The notes: generated by a model not told the origin, from the letters alone. A stretch of DNA of 64,000 nucleotides from Eledone cirrhosa (GCA_964016885.1 OZ024744.1:33976001-34040000), one strand, 5' to 3'; shown: positions 1-14,000, numbered from the stretch's first letter. Numbers and translations: made by a program.

Positions 1-132
1 CTCACGCAGCCGCAGTAGATCTACCTCTTTCAGACACCGCCCCAGGTCACCACCTTCATCTTTATGCTGGTACGGCGAGCGTTTTGCTGAGAACGCGAAC
101 CACTGTGTACAACCTTGTTCTTTTGTGAAGTT

Positions 133-178
133 GGGAAATGACAGAGAGGTTCGCTGAGGGCGGCAGTCGACCTCAGCG
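133..178 (+). promoter_or_regulatory. gag-pol -1 ribosomal frameshift signal
   Basis: Slippery heptamer G GGA AAT at 133-139 followed by a perfect 8-bp stem CGCTGAGG/CCTCAGCG (152-159/171-178). Pol is in the -1 frame relative to gag; gag stops at 155-157. Confidence 0.7.
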
Positions 179-3100
179 TAAAGCACCCAAACCGCCACTT
201 CTTCATCAAGGACCTCCTGTCTGGAAGAGCCTTCCTCGTGGATACAGGAGCCTCCTGTAGTATTTGGCCGGTCCATGGCCTAAAGGATACCCACGCGGAG
301 TCATCCGTTACTCTGCAGGCCGTTAACTACTCGCCTATAAAGACGTACGGACAAATCTCGCTTCCCCTCAAATTCCAAAATCTTCGTAAGGATTTTAAAT
401 GGATTTTTACGGTCGCTGACTTGCCATACCCAATCTTAGGAGCGGATTTCCTCCACAATTTCTCCTTGACTGTGGATGTCCGAGGCCAATGTCTAGTGGA
501 TGACATCACCGGTTTCTCAATTCGTGGCCGAAGAGCCGGTTCTTCAACGGTTACCCAACCTACTTCATCGCTGCCACTGGAAACGCCTACAATTGGTTGT
601 TAGAATCGTTCCCGCAGCTCATCGATGGAAATTTTCGAGTTACCGAGCCAAATCACTCAACCGAACATTTTATTTCCACAACCAGTGCTCCAGTATGTTC
701 ACGTCCACGTCGTTTACCGGCGGACAAGTTAAAGGCAGCACGGTCCGAGTTCAACCATATGCTGCAGCTGGGCATTATTCATCCATCTACGAGTCCTTGG
801 GCTTCCCCCTTACATATGGTTCTCAAGACTTCTGGCGACTGGAGACCCACTGGAGATTATGGGAGATCAAACGCGATGACCGTCCCGGATAGATATCCGA
901 TTCCCCACCTCCATGATTTTGCATCTTCGTTGCAGGGTTGTAAGATTTTCTCCAAACTCGATTTAGTGTGAACTTACCACCAAATACCAGTCAGGAAGTA
1001 AGATATCCCGAAAACAGCTTTTACGACTCCTTTCGGATCCTTCGAGTTTTTAAACATGCCTTTTGGACTCAGGAATGCTGCTATCACTTTTCAGCGGTTC
1101 ATAGACGAGGTCACTCGTGGCTTGGAGTTCGTTTATGCATATATAGATGATCTTCTCGTCGCTAGTTCCTCTCCAGAAGAGCATATGCGTCACCTGAACC
1201 TTTTATTTTGCCGACTCCAGGATTACCGCGTTCGATTGTATCCCGCAAACTGTGTTTTCGGATCCGCTTCACTGAATTTTTTAGGTCACATCATCGACGC
1301 CGAAGGTATTCGACCCCTTCCACAGCGAGTTAAGGCTATACAGGATTTACCTCCACCTACCTCATTTCGCCAGTTGCGTCACTTCCTAGGCCTAATCAAT
1401 TTTTATAGACGTTTCGTTCCTCAATGTGCAAAATTACTTACCGAGATTTTGAAAGATCGTCGTAAGAAGAATGAGGATATTTCCTTGACACAAGCACAAC
1501 TCGAAGATTTCCAGACTGCCAAGACAGCACTTGCTAATTCATCTTTGCTAGCCCACCCAGTACCCGATGCCAATCTTTCGTTTTGTGTCGATGTAGCTGA
1601 TACCGCTGTGGGAGCAGTTTTACAACAGTATAACGCTGAACACCAACAACTTTTGGCATTTTTCTCCAGGAAGCTGAAACAGGCAGAAACTCGTTACAGC
1701 ACGTTTGGTCGGGAGTTATTAGCCATATATCTGTCTCATATTGTTGAGGGAAGAAATTTTACGGTTTTCACTGATCACAAACCTCTGACCTTCGCTTTGA
1801 GGGTAAAGCCGACAGATATTCGCCCAGAGAGACAAGGCACCTCGACTACATTTCACAGTTTACCAATGATATCCAGCACATTTCTGGCTCACTAAATACA
1901 GCTGCAGATGCCTTGTCACGCTTGCCAATCAGCTCGATTTCGTCATCCCAGGAGATAGATTTAAGTCGTTTGGCAGCAGACCAACCTGCACTCGAATCGT
2001 TGGATACTTCATCAGCCGAATTTGCGACTTGCAACCTGAAATATCGACTGTCGACTACCGACAGGCAGATTCTCTGCGATGTATCTACGGATTCACCACG
2101 ACCTTATGTTCCCGAGTCTCACCGTCGAATTGTGTTCCTTGCTTTGCACAGCATTTCTTACCCAGGATCTTCAGCCACAGTAAAGCTCATAACGGCTAGA
2201 TTTTTCTGGCCAAATATGAAGCGCGAAATTATTGCTTGGTGCCGTTCCTGTATACAGTGTCAAAAATCTAAAGTCCACAGACACATCCGGACTCCACTTG
2301 GTACTTTCAGTACTCCGGATGCTCGTTTTCGACACATCCACATCGATATCGTCGGACCTTGGCCAGTAGTGGATATTCTTACCTTTTGACCTGCATTGAT
2401 CGTTTTTCGCGATGGCCTGAAGCCATCCCCTTAAAGGACATTACCGCCGACACAATAGCGCGTGTCCACACGTGGATTGCCCGCTATGGCGTGCCAACCA
2501 CAATTGCTACAGACCGTGGTAGGCAATTCGAATTACATCTTTTCTCGGAGTTAACAAAAATTATTGGCACTCAACGCATTCGGACCACATCTTATCCTGC
2601 TTCAAACGGAATGGTGGAGCGTTTTCACCGCCAATTAAAGGCCGCTCTTCGTGCCTATCCAGACTCTCTACGTTGGAGCGAGTACCTTCCTATTGTGTTG
2701 TTAGGAATTCGGTCTTCAATAAAGGAGGACCTTAGGTTCTCCCCGGCTGAATTATTGTATGGTGCCCCTCTAGCGTTGCCTGGGCAAATGCTTGCCCCCG
2801 TAGCTCCTGCTACTCAAGATCCCCTTTCCTACGTATCTCGTTTGCGCTCATATTTTCAGGACTTACCGCCTATGGATACCAGGAAACAAACTATTAAAAT
2901 TGCAGTCCCGAGGGATATTGCCTGGACCCTACCATGTGTTACCACGTACTGACAAACATGTTACTGTAGACATTAAGGGATCCAGAGAGACAATTTCGAT
3001 TGACAGACTGAAAAGGGCATTCACAGACGCTCATACACCTAAGCCACTAATACTCCCATCTTTCTCTATTGTACATACACCTGCTCCTTCTGTCCCACCT

Positions 3101-3181
3101 TCACCTACATACAAGACCACGACCCTTTCTGGTCGAAGAGTCCATTGGCCCAAAAGACTTTGTCAAACAGTTTTCATCTGA
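133..3181 (+). pseudogene. Gypsy pol (PR-RT-RNaseH-IN), multiply frameshifted
   Basis: ORFs 238-603, 597-971, 1056-1895, 1913-2389, 2359-2952 and 2900-3181 are consecutive pieces of one polyprotein. Confidence 0.93.
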
Positions 3182-3391
3182 ACTGGCCACTATGGAGCCT
3201 TCTTTGTATTGTGTATTACATGCTTTTCTTTATCTTGTTCCTAAACAGTTGAAAGTCTTCTTTAACTATAGAGTGTCTTTTTTGTGTATTGTATATGCAT
3301 ATACCTTTTTCATACTTTTGCCTTGATCCCATTCTTGCGGGTTCGCTACAATTACCTTCGGGTTGTTCGCATATCGTCTGGGGGAGGGTAT

Positions 3392-3670
3392 TGTAGTGAC
3401 CCCTTGGGGCCAGAAGGAGAGTTAATGAGAGTTACGTCCCATGGAGACTATAAATTGAGAAACTGAAAGTACCCGCTCTCTTACAAAGCTAGTCGTCCAG
3501 GAGTTAAGATGTAATTTTGCCTTCTCCCACTTTTCATTTTTACCACACCATGTGGAGTGAAAATATTAAGAGCAACTCTCTCTCAGGCGACTTCAACTTC
3601 GGAACAGAAAACCAATAACACCATGTGGAGACTAACTTATTCTCTCACCTCGTCCCCAATTCAACAACTA
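3392..3670 (+). repeat. Gypsy 3' LTR (right edge approximate), preceded by PPT 3380-3388
   Basis: GGGGGAGGG purine tract, then a TGTAGTG start, directly downstream of integrase. No 5' LTR in the window to confirm the end. Confidence 0.6.
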
Positions 3671-3699
3671 ATGATACCAATTATACATATTATATTATT

Positions 3700-5550
3700 T
3701 CAAAAGGTATGACTTATTTCCAAGTTGTAACAAACACTCATAACAATAAAGATGAGACAATTATAGACACTCGTGTGAGATATTTCAGCATGTCTCATTT
3801 AATTACTTTATTCCTAAATTGATGACCAAATAACGTAAACACTAAATAGAAATCGACTAACTTTTGAAACAACTGCTTCTGCCAAAGTGGCATCCCACTG
3901 AGCACCATCTTCCAGTAGTCCACGCCTGAGGCAGGCCTCTCCGTACGTGTCGCAAATTTGGCCATCAATAGTTCTTAGGTGTTGAAAACTGGTTGGTCCT
4001 CTTACGTCATGGAGAAGCATAGGCAGGTAGTAACATTCTTGGTAGATGGGGGGGGGGGCACTGTGTAAACTCGCGCCAGGCAGCTGTCAAAGTTAAAATC
4101 TGGATGACCATCAACGCTTTCACCTTTGATTCTTGGCTTCCATGAATACTTTTTCCATTTGTAGAAAGAGGGGACTTGGGGATACAGTAAAGTGCGAGCG
4201 AATGCGTCGCCTTGACATAGTTGAAAGAATGCAGTAAGAGTTGTGTTCCTTGGCTGCAGAGCCCCCAGAAAAGCTATTTGTTTTGTATAGTACACTCTTT
4301 GGCCGTTTTCCAGGTGCACAGCAAGGTGTTGGACAGCAGGGTATCTTCTGTGCATTGAGAAACGGTAAATTCGCCAAAAGGCCTCGCTGGTACTTATATA
4401 TCGTGCTGATTGGTACTGTGCAACTTCATCATGTTTGTTTTCTTCTTTAAGCCCGAACATGGCGGAATCCGGGCCCTTATTTATATACTTGCAGACATAT
4501 TTGATTGATTTATTAGAGTTGCACCATGCAACATTTATGTGGGAGTTGAAGTTATGGGCAGTACGGTACAATCTATCGGTTGTCAATTTCATGTTTTCCA
4601 ACCAGTGCTGTTAATCCTCCGTCCTCAGGGCTCCTTCGTCTGTATGATGGGTATCCGTCATCAGCAGTTTGAGTTTCGCGAAGGAAGGCTTTTGGGTATT
4701 TTGGGGAGTAAATACCGTTGTTCAAACACGGGGAGTTAGATTTGAAGCCACGTCCACAAGGACCGTGAACCATGTGCGCCGTAACCCTATCAAATAGGGT
4801 TTTGTCAGTTTGCGGGTTTGGAAGCTCTGCGGATATAATCTTGTCGATGTCGTCTGCTCTGATTTTTGTCGACAACCAAATAAGAATGTGAGCAAGGGGG
4901 AGTCCCCGCTTCTCCCATTCAATTGTGTACATGTAACATTGCACACGTCCAAATACCTGGCCCTTTGTGATAAGGTCCATTAGTTTGTATACTTTTAGCT
5001 CGAAGACTCTGGATGAGAGGTCATGGCGACCGCTGAGATGTTGTCCTGGAAGGAGTTCATGGGCAATTTCTTGCCACGAAGGATTGCCTGTAAAAGTAAT
5101 AAATAGGTCTAGGTTGCCGTACTCGCGCACATAGGTCATCGCGTCCTGGGTTCTTGAATGCACACAACGGGGACTTCCTTCGAAGGTTGAAGGTAAAATG
5201 CAAACTTTTCCAATGTTATCTGGGTCTTCATTATTGTTCATTTCATCACGTAGGTGAATGTAATCGTCGCAGCGTAGTTTTGTCTGGTTTAATCTTATGA
5301 GCCACAGTCGTTCAGTCTCCATTTTCGGAGCCATGTCTACAGCAAATTGGTTGAATAGTTGTTGTGAACGATCACACACACACACTCACGCACGCAAACT
5401 CACGCACGTGTGCACGTACACACACATGTTAATAGATTTAACTCTTACTGGAATGCTGCACGAACACACACTCACGCACACAGACACACGCACATGTTAA
5501 TTAGTTATAGCTTTCCTTCCCCTCTTCCACTGTCATGTATCAAACACAGC

Positions 5551-5637
<87 letters not shown>

Positions 5638-5922
5638 GCTATCCCCCTCTTATAGTGTGTCTGTTTCTTTCATTCTCACTCTTTCTTTTTCATTTTTATA
5701 GATATAGAGATTTATTTCTGTGCAAAGTCGTACCTATAGTCAGTTTTATCGATTTTTTACCTGGACAAAGGGGGAGTCGATCATTCGCAACGGCGTGCCG
5801 ACCTGCCCGGATAAATTTGTGGTTGATTACAAAAAGGATTTTGAAAATCAGCCATGCGGATCAAAAATTGATGCGGAATAGACACACACACAGACAGAAA
5901 TTTTCATTTTTATAGATATAGA
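3700..5922 (-). mobile_element. Helitron fragment (Rep/HUH domain) with 5'-TC terminus
   Basis: ORFs 4573-5385, 4002-4601 and 3814-4020: LPSTFEGSPR, DLFITFT.NP.W.EI, EWEKRGLPLAHILIW (HUH motif, first H lost), MVHGPCG, KYVCKYINKG (Y2), VRGPTSF. The minus strand starts A|TCTATATCTATAAAAATG at 5922, followed by CTGT/GT repeats. Confidence 0.9.
5552..5635. repeat. (CT)n microsatellite
   Basis: Pure CT dinucleotide run. Confidence 0.98.
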
Positions 5923-5973
5923 TGGTGTGGTATATTATAGTGTGGTGTTGTATATTGCAGCATGCTATGGTGT

Positions 5974-8060
5974 TGTAGCGGTTGTCTCCCTTGTTTTGAT
6001 TAGGATCTAGACGGGAAGTAGAACCCTTTCTGCAACTTCCGGTCAGAACCCTATAAAACTAACAACTTTAAGCTCTCAAACTCTCATTGCCTTTTCGGCA
6101 CCAGGTCAAGAGCCTCTCATTTTGGCTCTGCCATTCATTTGGCCAACAGGCGCCTGGCCTTAGCCAGGCGTCCTCTGCCAGCCGCGTTTGCCTGGCAATC
6201 AAAACAGTAACTACTAACTTTGCTTCATTCTACCATCCTCATCTTTGACATGTCAACTATACTATCTACCATTGTTAATTAAATATTATCTACAAACAAA
6301 CAATGTATTCCTTGTTACATTCATACAACCCAGTAAACCCGCTATATTGGTAACCTTAACGTGATACGAACACGCAGCCGTTCATCGCTATAAGTGGTCA
6401 CCCCCAAAAAAGAAAAAAATAGCACATCTGGTTTCGTGTGAGTAACATTACGAATACACAGTAAATTTATCGACAAACTATGAAAATACTCAGTAAAAGA
6501 AACAAACGCACACACGCACATGTGGAATTCGCGTTCAGACAGACTTTTTTCTCTCACGCATCAACTAACTGTCGCATTTCACGATATATATACATGTTTC
6601 TCGTTTCTTACAACGAACTCTTTCAAAACACACAAAAAAAAAAAAGAAATTTGATATTCTTTAAAAAAACATTTCAACAGGAACATTTATTTTCGATGAA
6701 CCATTGCCTTTTTGTTCATCGTTTTCTTCATCGTTCAAGTTTTTTTTTCCCAAAGTTCACACCAATAATTATGCTGAGTGAAGCCTTTCTTTTTCATCAT
6801 TGTCACTTTCAAAATTGCACTATCATTTTCTCGCGCGTTAGAAATATTATTTTTTTCAACCTTGTATTGGCACGTGTAGGCAGCACAAATTCTCGATTCA
6901 CAGAGATGTCTCTACTCACAGACATAGCCGCACGCCAGAGATAACATTTCTCGTCAAGGATTCTTCAGCCTTAAGCTATATTCTTCTATTTGCCGGTTTA
7001 TAAATTTACAATGTAAATTTGCCGTTGATAACCGCGCATTTATTGGGAATGCTTATTTCTCTGGTCGCTGGCCTCTTGACCCTTCCAGGTCAACGCATCC
7101 TCAACATCGACCATCAACTTCGGCTGCTATTTCTAGCACTTTGCGCAACTCATTTTTTCTAAAAAAAAAGAAAAAAAAATTTTTTTTTTTTTTTTTACTG
7201 TGAATTTAAACCGAATACGCTCACTCAGCGAGACAACAGCAGCAGCAGCAGCAATATATCAACACAGCTTCACCAACAACCAGCAGAACGCCAGAGAATT
7301 TATTTTTGCAGCACTCTCCCTGTGAGAAAATCCATTCGGAGGTTGGAAATTTCACGATATACCACAGAACAGAAACCACCTGCATTCATTCTCTGGAACA
7401 CACTTTCTTTCCTGCTGTCATGTGATTGCACACCTGTGAACTATATTTTGTACATTTGAACTTTGAGCTCTTCTATTACTTTTACTTTATTACATTGTAT
7501 CTTTGGGTGATGGATAGAGGGATGTCCAGTCGTTCTCTGGCCAAGAGCGGTTGGCTACCTTGATATCTATCATTGATTTTTCCAAACATTCTTTTGTCGT
7601 AATTTTCATGCCTGTTACAACATTCTCGCCAACTTGCTACATATTTTCATTTCGATTTTTATACACTAAAATTCTGGCGGGAGGTTATGTAGCGGTTGTC
7701 TCCCTTGTTTTGATTAGGATCTAGACGGGAAGTAGAACCCTTTCTGCAACTTCCGGTCAGAACCCTATAAAACTAACAACTTTAAGCTCTCAAACTCTCA
7801 TTGCCTTTTCGGCACCAGGTCAAGAGCCTCTCATTTTGGCTCTGCCATTCATTTGGCCAACAGGCGCCTGGCCTTAGCCAGGCGTCCTCTGCCAGCCGCG
7901 TTTGCCTGGCAATCAAAACGGTAACTACTAACTTTGCTTCATTCTAGCATCCTCATCTTTGACATGTCAACTATACTATCTACCATTGTTAATTAAATAT
8001 TATCTACAAACAAACAATGTATTCCTTGTTACATTCATACAACCCAGTAAACCCGCTATA
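5974..8060 (+). mobile_element. Non-autonomous LTR retroelement (TRIM/LARD-like), young
   Basis: Two 373-bp LTRs (5974-6346, 7688-8060) with only two substitutions seen. Termini TGTAGCGG...CCGCTATA, 4-bp TSD GTGT, tRNA-Trp-like PBS, PPT GGCGGGAGG at 7676-7684, non-coding interior. Confidence 0.93.
6348..6379 (+). promoter_or_regulatory. Primer-binding site complementary to tRNA-Trp 3' end
   Basis: TGGTAACCTTAACGTGATACGAACACGCAGCC versus the recalled metazoan tRNA-Trp reverse complement TGGTGACCCCGACGTGATTCGAACACGCAACC (26/32), 1 nt after LTR1. Confidence 0.75.
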
Positions 8061-11000
8061 GTGTATTATATTGTGGTATGGTATATCATAGTGAGGTGTG
8101 GTATATTGTAACGTGGTATGGTATATTGTAATGTGTTGTGGTAAACTGTAGTGTAGTATACTGTAGTGTAGTGTGGTATACTGCTGTTTGCCGCGTTATA
8201 CTGAAGTTGTATGCGGCATATTGTAGTGTGGTGTGATATTGTATAGTATGGTGTGGTATATTGTAGTGTGGTGTGGTATATTGTAGTATGGTGTGGTATA
8301 TTGTAGTATGGTGTGGTATTGTGTAGAGTGGTGTGGTATATTGTAGTGTGGTGTGCTATACTGCAGTGTGGTGTGGTATATTGTAGTATGGTGTGGTATA
8401 TGGTAGTATGGTGTGGCATACTGTTGTGTGGTGTGGTATATTATAGCGTTGCATGGTATATCGTAGTGAATTGTGGTATACTGTCGTGTGGCGGGGTATA
8501 TAGTAGAGAGGTGTGGCCTGGTTTATTGTAGTGTGGTGTGGTATATTGTAGTGTAATGATATATGTTGTAGTGTGGTGTGGTGTATTGTAGTGTGGTATA
8601 TAGTAGTGTGTTTTGGCATATGTTAATGGAATGTATGTTGTAGCGTGGTGTGGTATATTGTAGTGTGGTATATAGTAGTGTTTTGGCATATGTTAATGTC
8701 ATGTATGTTGTAGCGTGGTGTGGTATAGTGTAGTGTGGTCTGGTATACTGTAGTGTGGTGTGGTATATTGTAGTGTAGTGTGATATATTGTAGTGTGGTG
8801 TGGTATAGTGTGGTGTGATGTAGTATATAGTATAGTGTAATGTGATATATTGTAGTGTGGTGTGGTATATTGTAGTATGGTGTGGTATATTGTAGTGTGG
8901 TGTGGTATATTGTAGTCTAGTTCGATATATTGTAGTGTGGAGTGATATATTTTACTGTGGTGGGGTATATTGTAGTATGGTCTGGTATATTGTAGGTTGG
9001 TGTGCTATATTGTAGTGTGGTGTGGTATATTGTAGTGTGGAGTGGTAAATGTTAGTGTAGTTTGATATATTGTAGTGTCGTGTGGTATATTGTAGTGTGG
9101 TGTGTTATATTGTAGTGTAGTGTGATATATTGTAGTGTGGTGTGGTATATTGAAGTGTGACATGTTATATTGTAGTGTGGTGTGGTATATTGTAGTGTAG
9201 TTATATATATTGTAGTGTGGTATGGTATATTGTAGTGTAGTGTGATATATTGTAGTGTGATGGATATTGTAGTGTGGAGTGGTATATTGTAGAGCGGTGT
9301 GGTATATTGTAGTGTGGAGTGATATAGTATGGTATATTGTAGTGTGGAGTGATATATTGTAGTGTGTTGTGGTATATTGTAGTGTGGTGTGGTATAGTGT
9401 AGTGTGGTGTGGTATATTGTAGAGTGGTATGATATATTGTGGCGTAGTGTGGTATATTGTAGTGTAGTGCGATAAATTGTAATGTGGAGTGGTATAGCGT
9501 AGTGTGGTGTGGTATATTGTAGTGTGGTGTGGTATATAGTAGTGTGGTGTGATATATTGTAGTGTGGTGTGATATATAGTAGTGTGGAGTGGTATAGTGT
9601 AGTGTGCTGTGGTATATTGTAGTGTGGTGTGATATATTGTAGTTTGGTGTGGTATAGAGTAGTGTGATATTTTGTAGTGTGGTGTGATATAGTGTAGTGT
9701 GGAGTTGTATAGTGTAGTGTGGTGTGATATTTTGTAGTGTGGTGTGGTATATTGTAGTGTGCATTGGTATAGTGTAGTGTGGTATATTGTAGTGCAGTGT
9801 GATATATTGTAGTGTGGTTTGGTATAGCGTAGTATGATGTGATATATTGTAGTGTGGGGTGGTATATTGTAGTGTCTAATATTGTAGTATGGTGTGGTAT
9901 ATTGTAGTGTGGAGTGGTATAGTGTAGTGTGGTGTGGTATAGTGTAGTGTGGAGTTGTATATTGTAGTATGTGATATATTATAGTGTGGTGTGATATATT
10001 GTAGTGTTGTGGTATAGTGAATTATGGTGTGATATATTGAAGTGTGGAGTGGTATAGTATAATGTGGAGTGATATATTATAGTGTGGTGTGATATAGTGT
10101 ACTGTGGTGTGATATATAGTAATGTGGAGTGGTATAATGTAGTGTGGTGTGCTATATAGTAGTGTGGAGTGGTATAGTGTAGTGTGATGTGGTATAGTGT
10201 AGTGTAGTGTGGTATATTGTAGTGTGATGTGGTATATTGTAGTGTGGTGTGATATATTGTAGTGTGGAGTAGTATATTGCAGTTTGGAGTGGTATATTGT
10301 AGTGTGTTGTGGTATATTGTAGTGTGGTGTGGAATATTGTAGTGTGGAGTGGTATATTGAAGTGTGGAGTGGTATAGTGTAGTGTGGAGAGTTAGAGAGT
10401 AGTTTAGTGTGATATATAGTATTGTGGTGTGATATATTGTAGTGTGGTGTGATATATTGTAGTGTGGTGTGATATACTGTAGTGTGGTGTGATATATTGT
10501 AGTGTGGTGTGGTATAGTGTAATGTGGTGTGGTATATTGTGGTGTGGCATATTGTAGTGTGGTGTGGTATATTGGAGTGTGGTGTGATATATAGTAGTGT
10601 GGTGTGGCATATTGTAGTGTGGGGTGATATATTGTAGTATGGTGTGGTATATTGTAGCGTGGAGTGGTATATTGTAGTGTGGTGTGATATATTATAGTGT
10701 GGTGAGATATAGTGTACTGTGGTGTGATATATAGTAGTGTGGAGTGGTATAATGTAGTGTGGTGTGCTATATAGTAGTGTGGAGTGCTATAGTGTAGTGT
10801 AGTGTGGTATAGTGTAGTGTAGTGTGGTATATCGTAGTGTGATGTGGTATATTGTAGTGTGGTGTGTATATTGTAGTGTGGAGTGGTATATTGCAGTTCG
10901 GAGTGGTATAGTGTAGTGTGTTGCGGTATATTGTGGTGTGGTGTGATATATTGTAGTGAGGTGTGGTATATTGTAGTGTGGAGTGGTATAGTGTAGTGTG

Positions 11001-14000
11001 GTATATTGTAGTGTGGTGTGGTATATTGTGGTGTGGTGTGGTATATTGTAGTGTGGTGTGGCATATTGTAGTGTATATTGTAGTGTGGTGTGATATAGTA
11101 TAGTGTGGTGTGATATATAGTAGTGTGGAGTGGTATAGTGTAGTGTGGTATATTGTTGTGTGGAATGGTATAGTGCAGTGTAGAGTGATATATTGTTGTG
11201 TGGTGTGGTATATTGTAGTGTGGAGTGGTATAGTGTAGTGTGATATATTGTAGAGTGGTGTTGCATAGTGTAATGTGGAGTGGTATATTGCAGTGTGGTG
11301 TGGTATATAGTAGTGTGGAGTGGGATACTGTAGTGCCGTGAGATATATTGTAGTGTGGTGTGGTATATTTTAGAGTGGAGTGGTATAGTGTAGGGTGCTG
11401 TGGTATATTGTAGTGTTGTGTGATATATTGTAGTGTGAAATGGTATAGTGTAGTGCGGTATGATATATAGTATTTTGGAGTGGTATAGTGTAGTGTGGTG
11501 TGATATATTGTAGTGTTGGAGTGGTATATTGTAGTGTAGTGTGATATATTGTAGTGTGGTGTGGTATATTGTAGTGGGATACAGTGTTGTGTGATGTGAT
11601 ATATTGTAGTGCGGTGTGATATACTGTAGTGTGGTATGATAAACTGTAGTGTGATGTGATATAGTGTTAGTGTGGTGTGATACACTGTAGTGTGATGTGA
11701 TATAGTGTAGTGTGGTGTGGTATATTGTAGTGTGATGTGATATATGTAGTGTGGTGTGATATATTGTAGTGTGGTGTGATATAGTGTTAATGTGATGTGA
11801 TATATAGTAGTGTGGTGTGATATATTGTAGTGTGGTGTGATATATTGTAGTGTGATGTGATATACTCTATTGTGATGTGACATAGTGAGGTGTGATGTGA
11901 TATATTGAAGTGTGGTGTGATATATTGTAGTGTGGTGTGGTATAGTGTAATATGATGTGATATAGTGTAGTGTGGTGTGATATAGTGTAGTGTGATGTGA
12001 AATAATGTATTGTGGCGTGATATAGTGTTGTGCGGTGTGATATATTGTAGTGTGATGTGATATAGTGTAGTGTGATGTGATATAGTGTAGTGTAGTGTGG
12101 TATATTGTAGTATGATGTGGTATATTATTGTGGTGTGATATATAGTAATGTGGTGTGGTATATTCTAGTGCGGTGTGATATACTGTAGTGTGGTGTGGTA
12201 TATTGTAGTGTGGTGTGATGTATTGTAGTGTGATGTGGTATAGTGTAGTATGGTGTGGTATATTGTAGTGCGGTGTGGTATATTGAAGTGTGATATGATA
12301 TAGTGTAGTGTGATGTGATATATTGTAGTGTGATGTGATATAGTGTAGTGTTATGTGATATATTGTAGGTGGTGTGATATATTGTAGTGTGGTGTGGTAT
12401 AGTGTAGTGTGGTGTGGTGTGGTATACTTTAGTGTGGTGTGATATATTGTAGTGTGGAGTGATATAGTGTAGTGTGGTGCGGTATATTGTAGTGTGGAGT
12501 TGTATATTGTAGTGTGATGTGATACACTGTAGTGTGATGTGATATAGTGTAGTCTGATGTGATATATTGTAGTGTGGTGTGATATATTGTAGTGTGGTGT
12601 GATATATTGTAGTGTGGTGTGGTATAGTGTAGTACGATGTGATATAGTGTAGTGTGGTGTGCTATAGTTTAGCGTGGTGTGGTATAATGTAGTATGGAGT
12701 TGTGTATTGTAGTTTGGTGTGTTATATTTTAGTGTGGTGTGATATATTGTAGTGTGGTGTGATATATAGTAGTGTGGAGTGGTATAGTGTAGTGTGATGT
12801 GATATATTGTAGTGTGGGGTGGTATATTGTAGTGTCTAATATTGTAGTATGGTGTGGTATATTGTAGTGTGGAGTGGTATAGTGTAGTGTGGTGTGGTAT
12901 ATTGTAGTGTGCATTGGTATAGTGTAGTGTGGTATATTGTAGTGCAGTGTGATATATTGTAGTGTGGTTTGGTATAGCGTAGTATGATGTGATATATTGT
13001 AGTGTGGGGTGGTATATTGTAGTGTCTAATATTGTAGTATGGTGTGGTATATTGTAGTGTGGAGTGGTATAGTGTAGTGTGGTGTGGTATAGTGTAGTGT
13101 GGAGTTGTATATTGTAGTATGTGATATATTATAGTGTGGTGTGATATATTGTAGTGTTGTGGTATAGTGAATTATGGTGTGATATATTGTAGTGTGGAGT
13201 GGTATAGTATAATGTGGAGTGATATATTATAGTGTGGTGTGATATAGTGTACTGTGGTGTGATATATAGTAATGTGGAGTGGTATAATGTAGTGTGGTGT
13301 GCTATATAGTAGTGTGGAGTGGTATAGTGTAGTGTGATGTGGTATAGTGTAGTGTAGTGTGGTATATTGTAGTGTGATGTGGTATATTGTAGTGTGGTGT
13401 GATATATTGTAGTGTGGAGTAGTATATTGCAGTTTGGAGTGGTATATTGTAGTGTGTTGTGGTATATTGTAGTGTGGTGTGGAATATTGTAGTGTGGAGT
13501 GGTATATTGAAGTGTGGAGTGGTATAGTGTAGTGTGGAGAGTTAGAGAGTAGTTTAGTGTGATATATAGTATTGTGGTGTGATATATTGTAGTGTGGTGT
13601 GATATATTGTAGTATGGTGTGATATACTGTAGTGTGGTGTGATATATTGTAGTGTGGTGTGGTATAGTGTAATGTGGTGTGGTATATTGTGGTGTGGCAT
13701 ATTGTAGTGTGGTGTGGTATATTGGAGTGTGGTGTGATATATAGTAGTGTGGTGTGGCATATTGTAGTGTGGGGTGATATATTGTAGTATGGTGTGGTAT
13801 ATTGTAGTGTGGAGTGGTATATTGTAGTGTGGTGTGATATATTATAGTGTGGAGTGCTATAGTGTAGTCTAGTGTGGTATAGTGTAGTGTAGTGTGGTAT
13901 ATCGTAGTGTGATGTGGTATATTGTAGTGTGGTGTGTATATTGTAGTGTGGAGTGGTATATTGCAGTTCGGAGTGGTATAGTGTAGTGTGTTGCGGTATA

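Larger units (their letters stand above)
1..3670 (+). mobile_element. Ty3/Gypsy LTR retrotransposon, decayed, 5' part outside the window
   Basis: Gag end (LCWYGERFAENANHCVQPC), then protease LVDTGASCS, RT ([18 protein letters not shown]), RNase H (TDHKPL) and integrase (zinc-finger remnant, HIDIVGP, TDRGRQF, NGMVERFHRQLK). Gypsy order PR-RT-RH-IN, split by frameshifts. PPT and 3' LTR follow. Confidence 0.95.
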
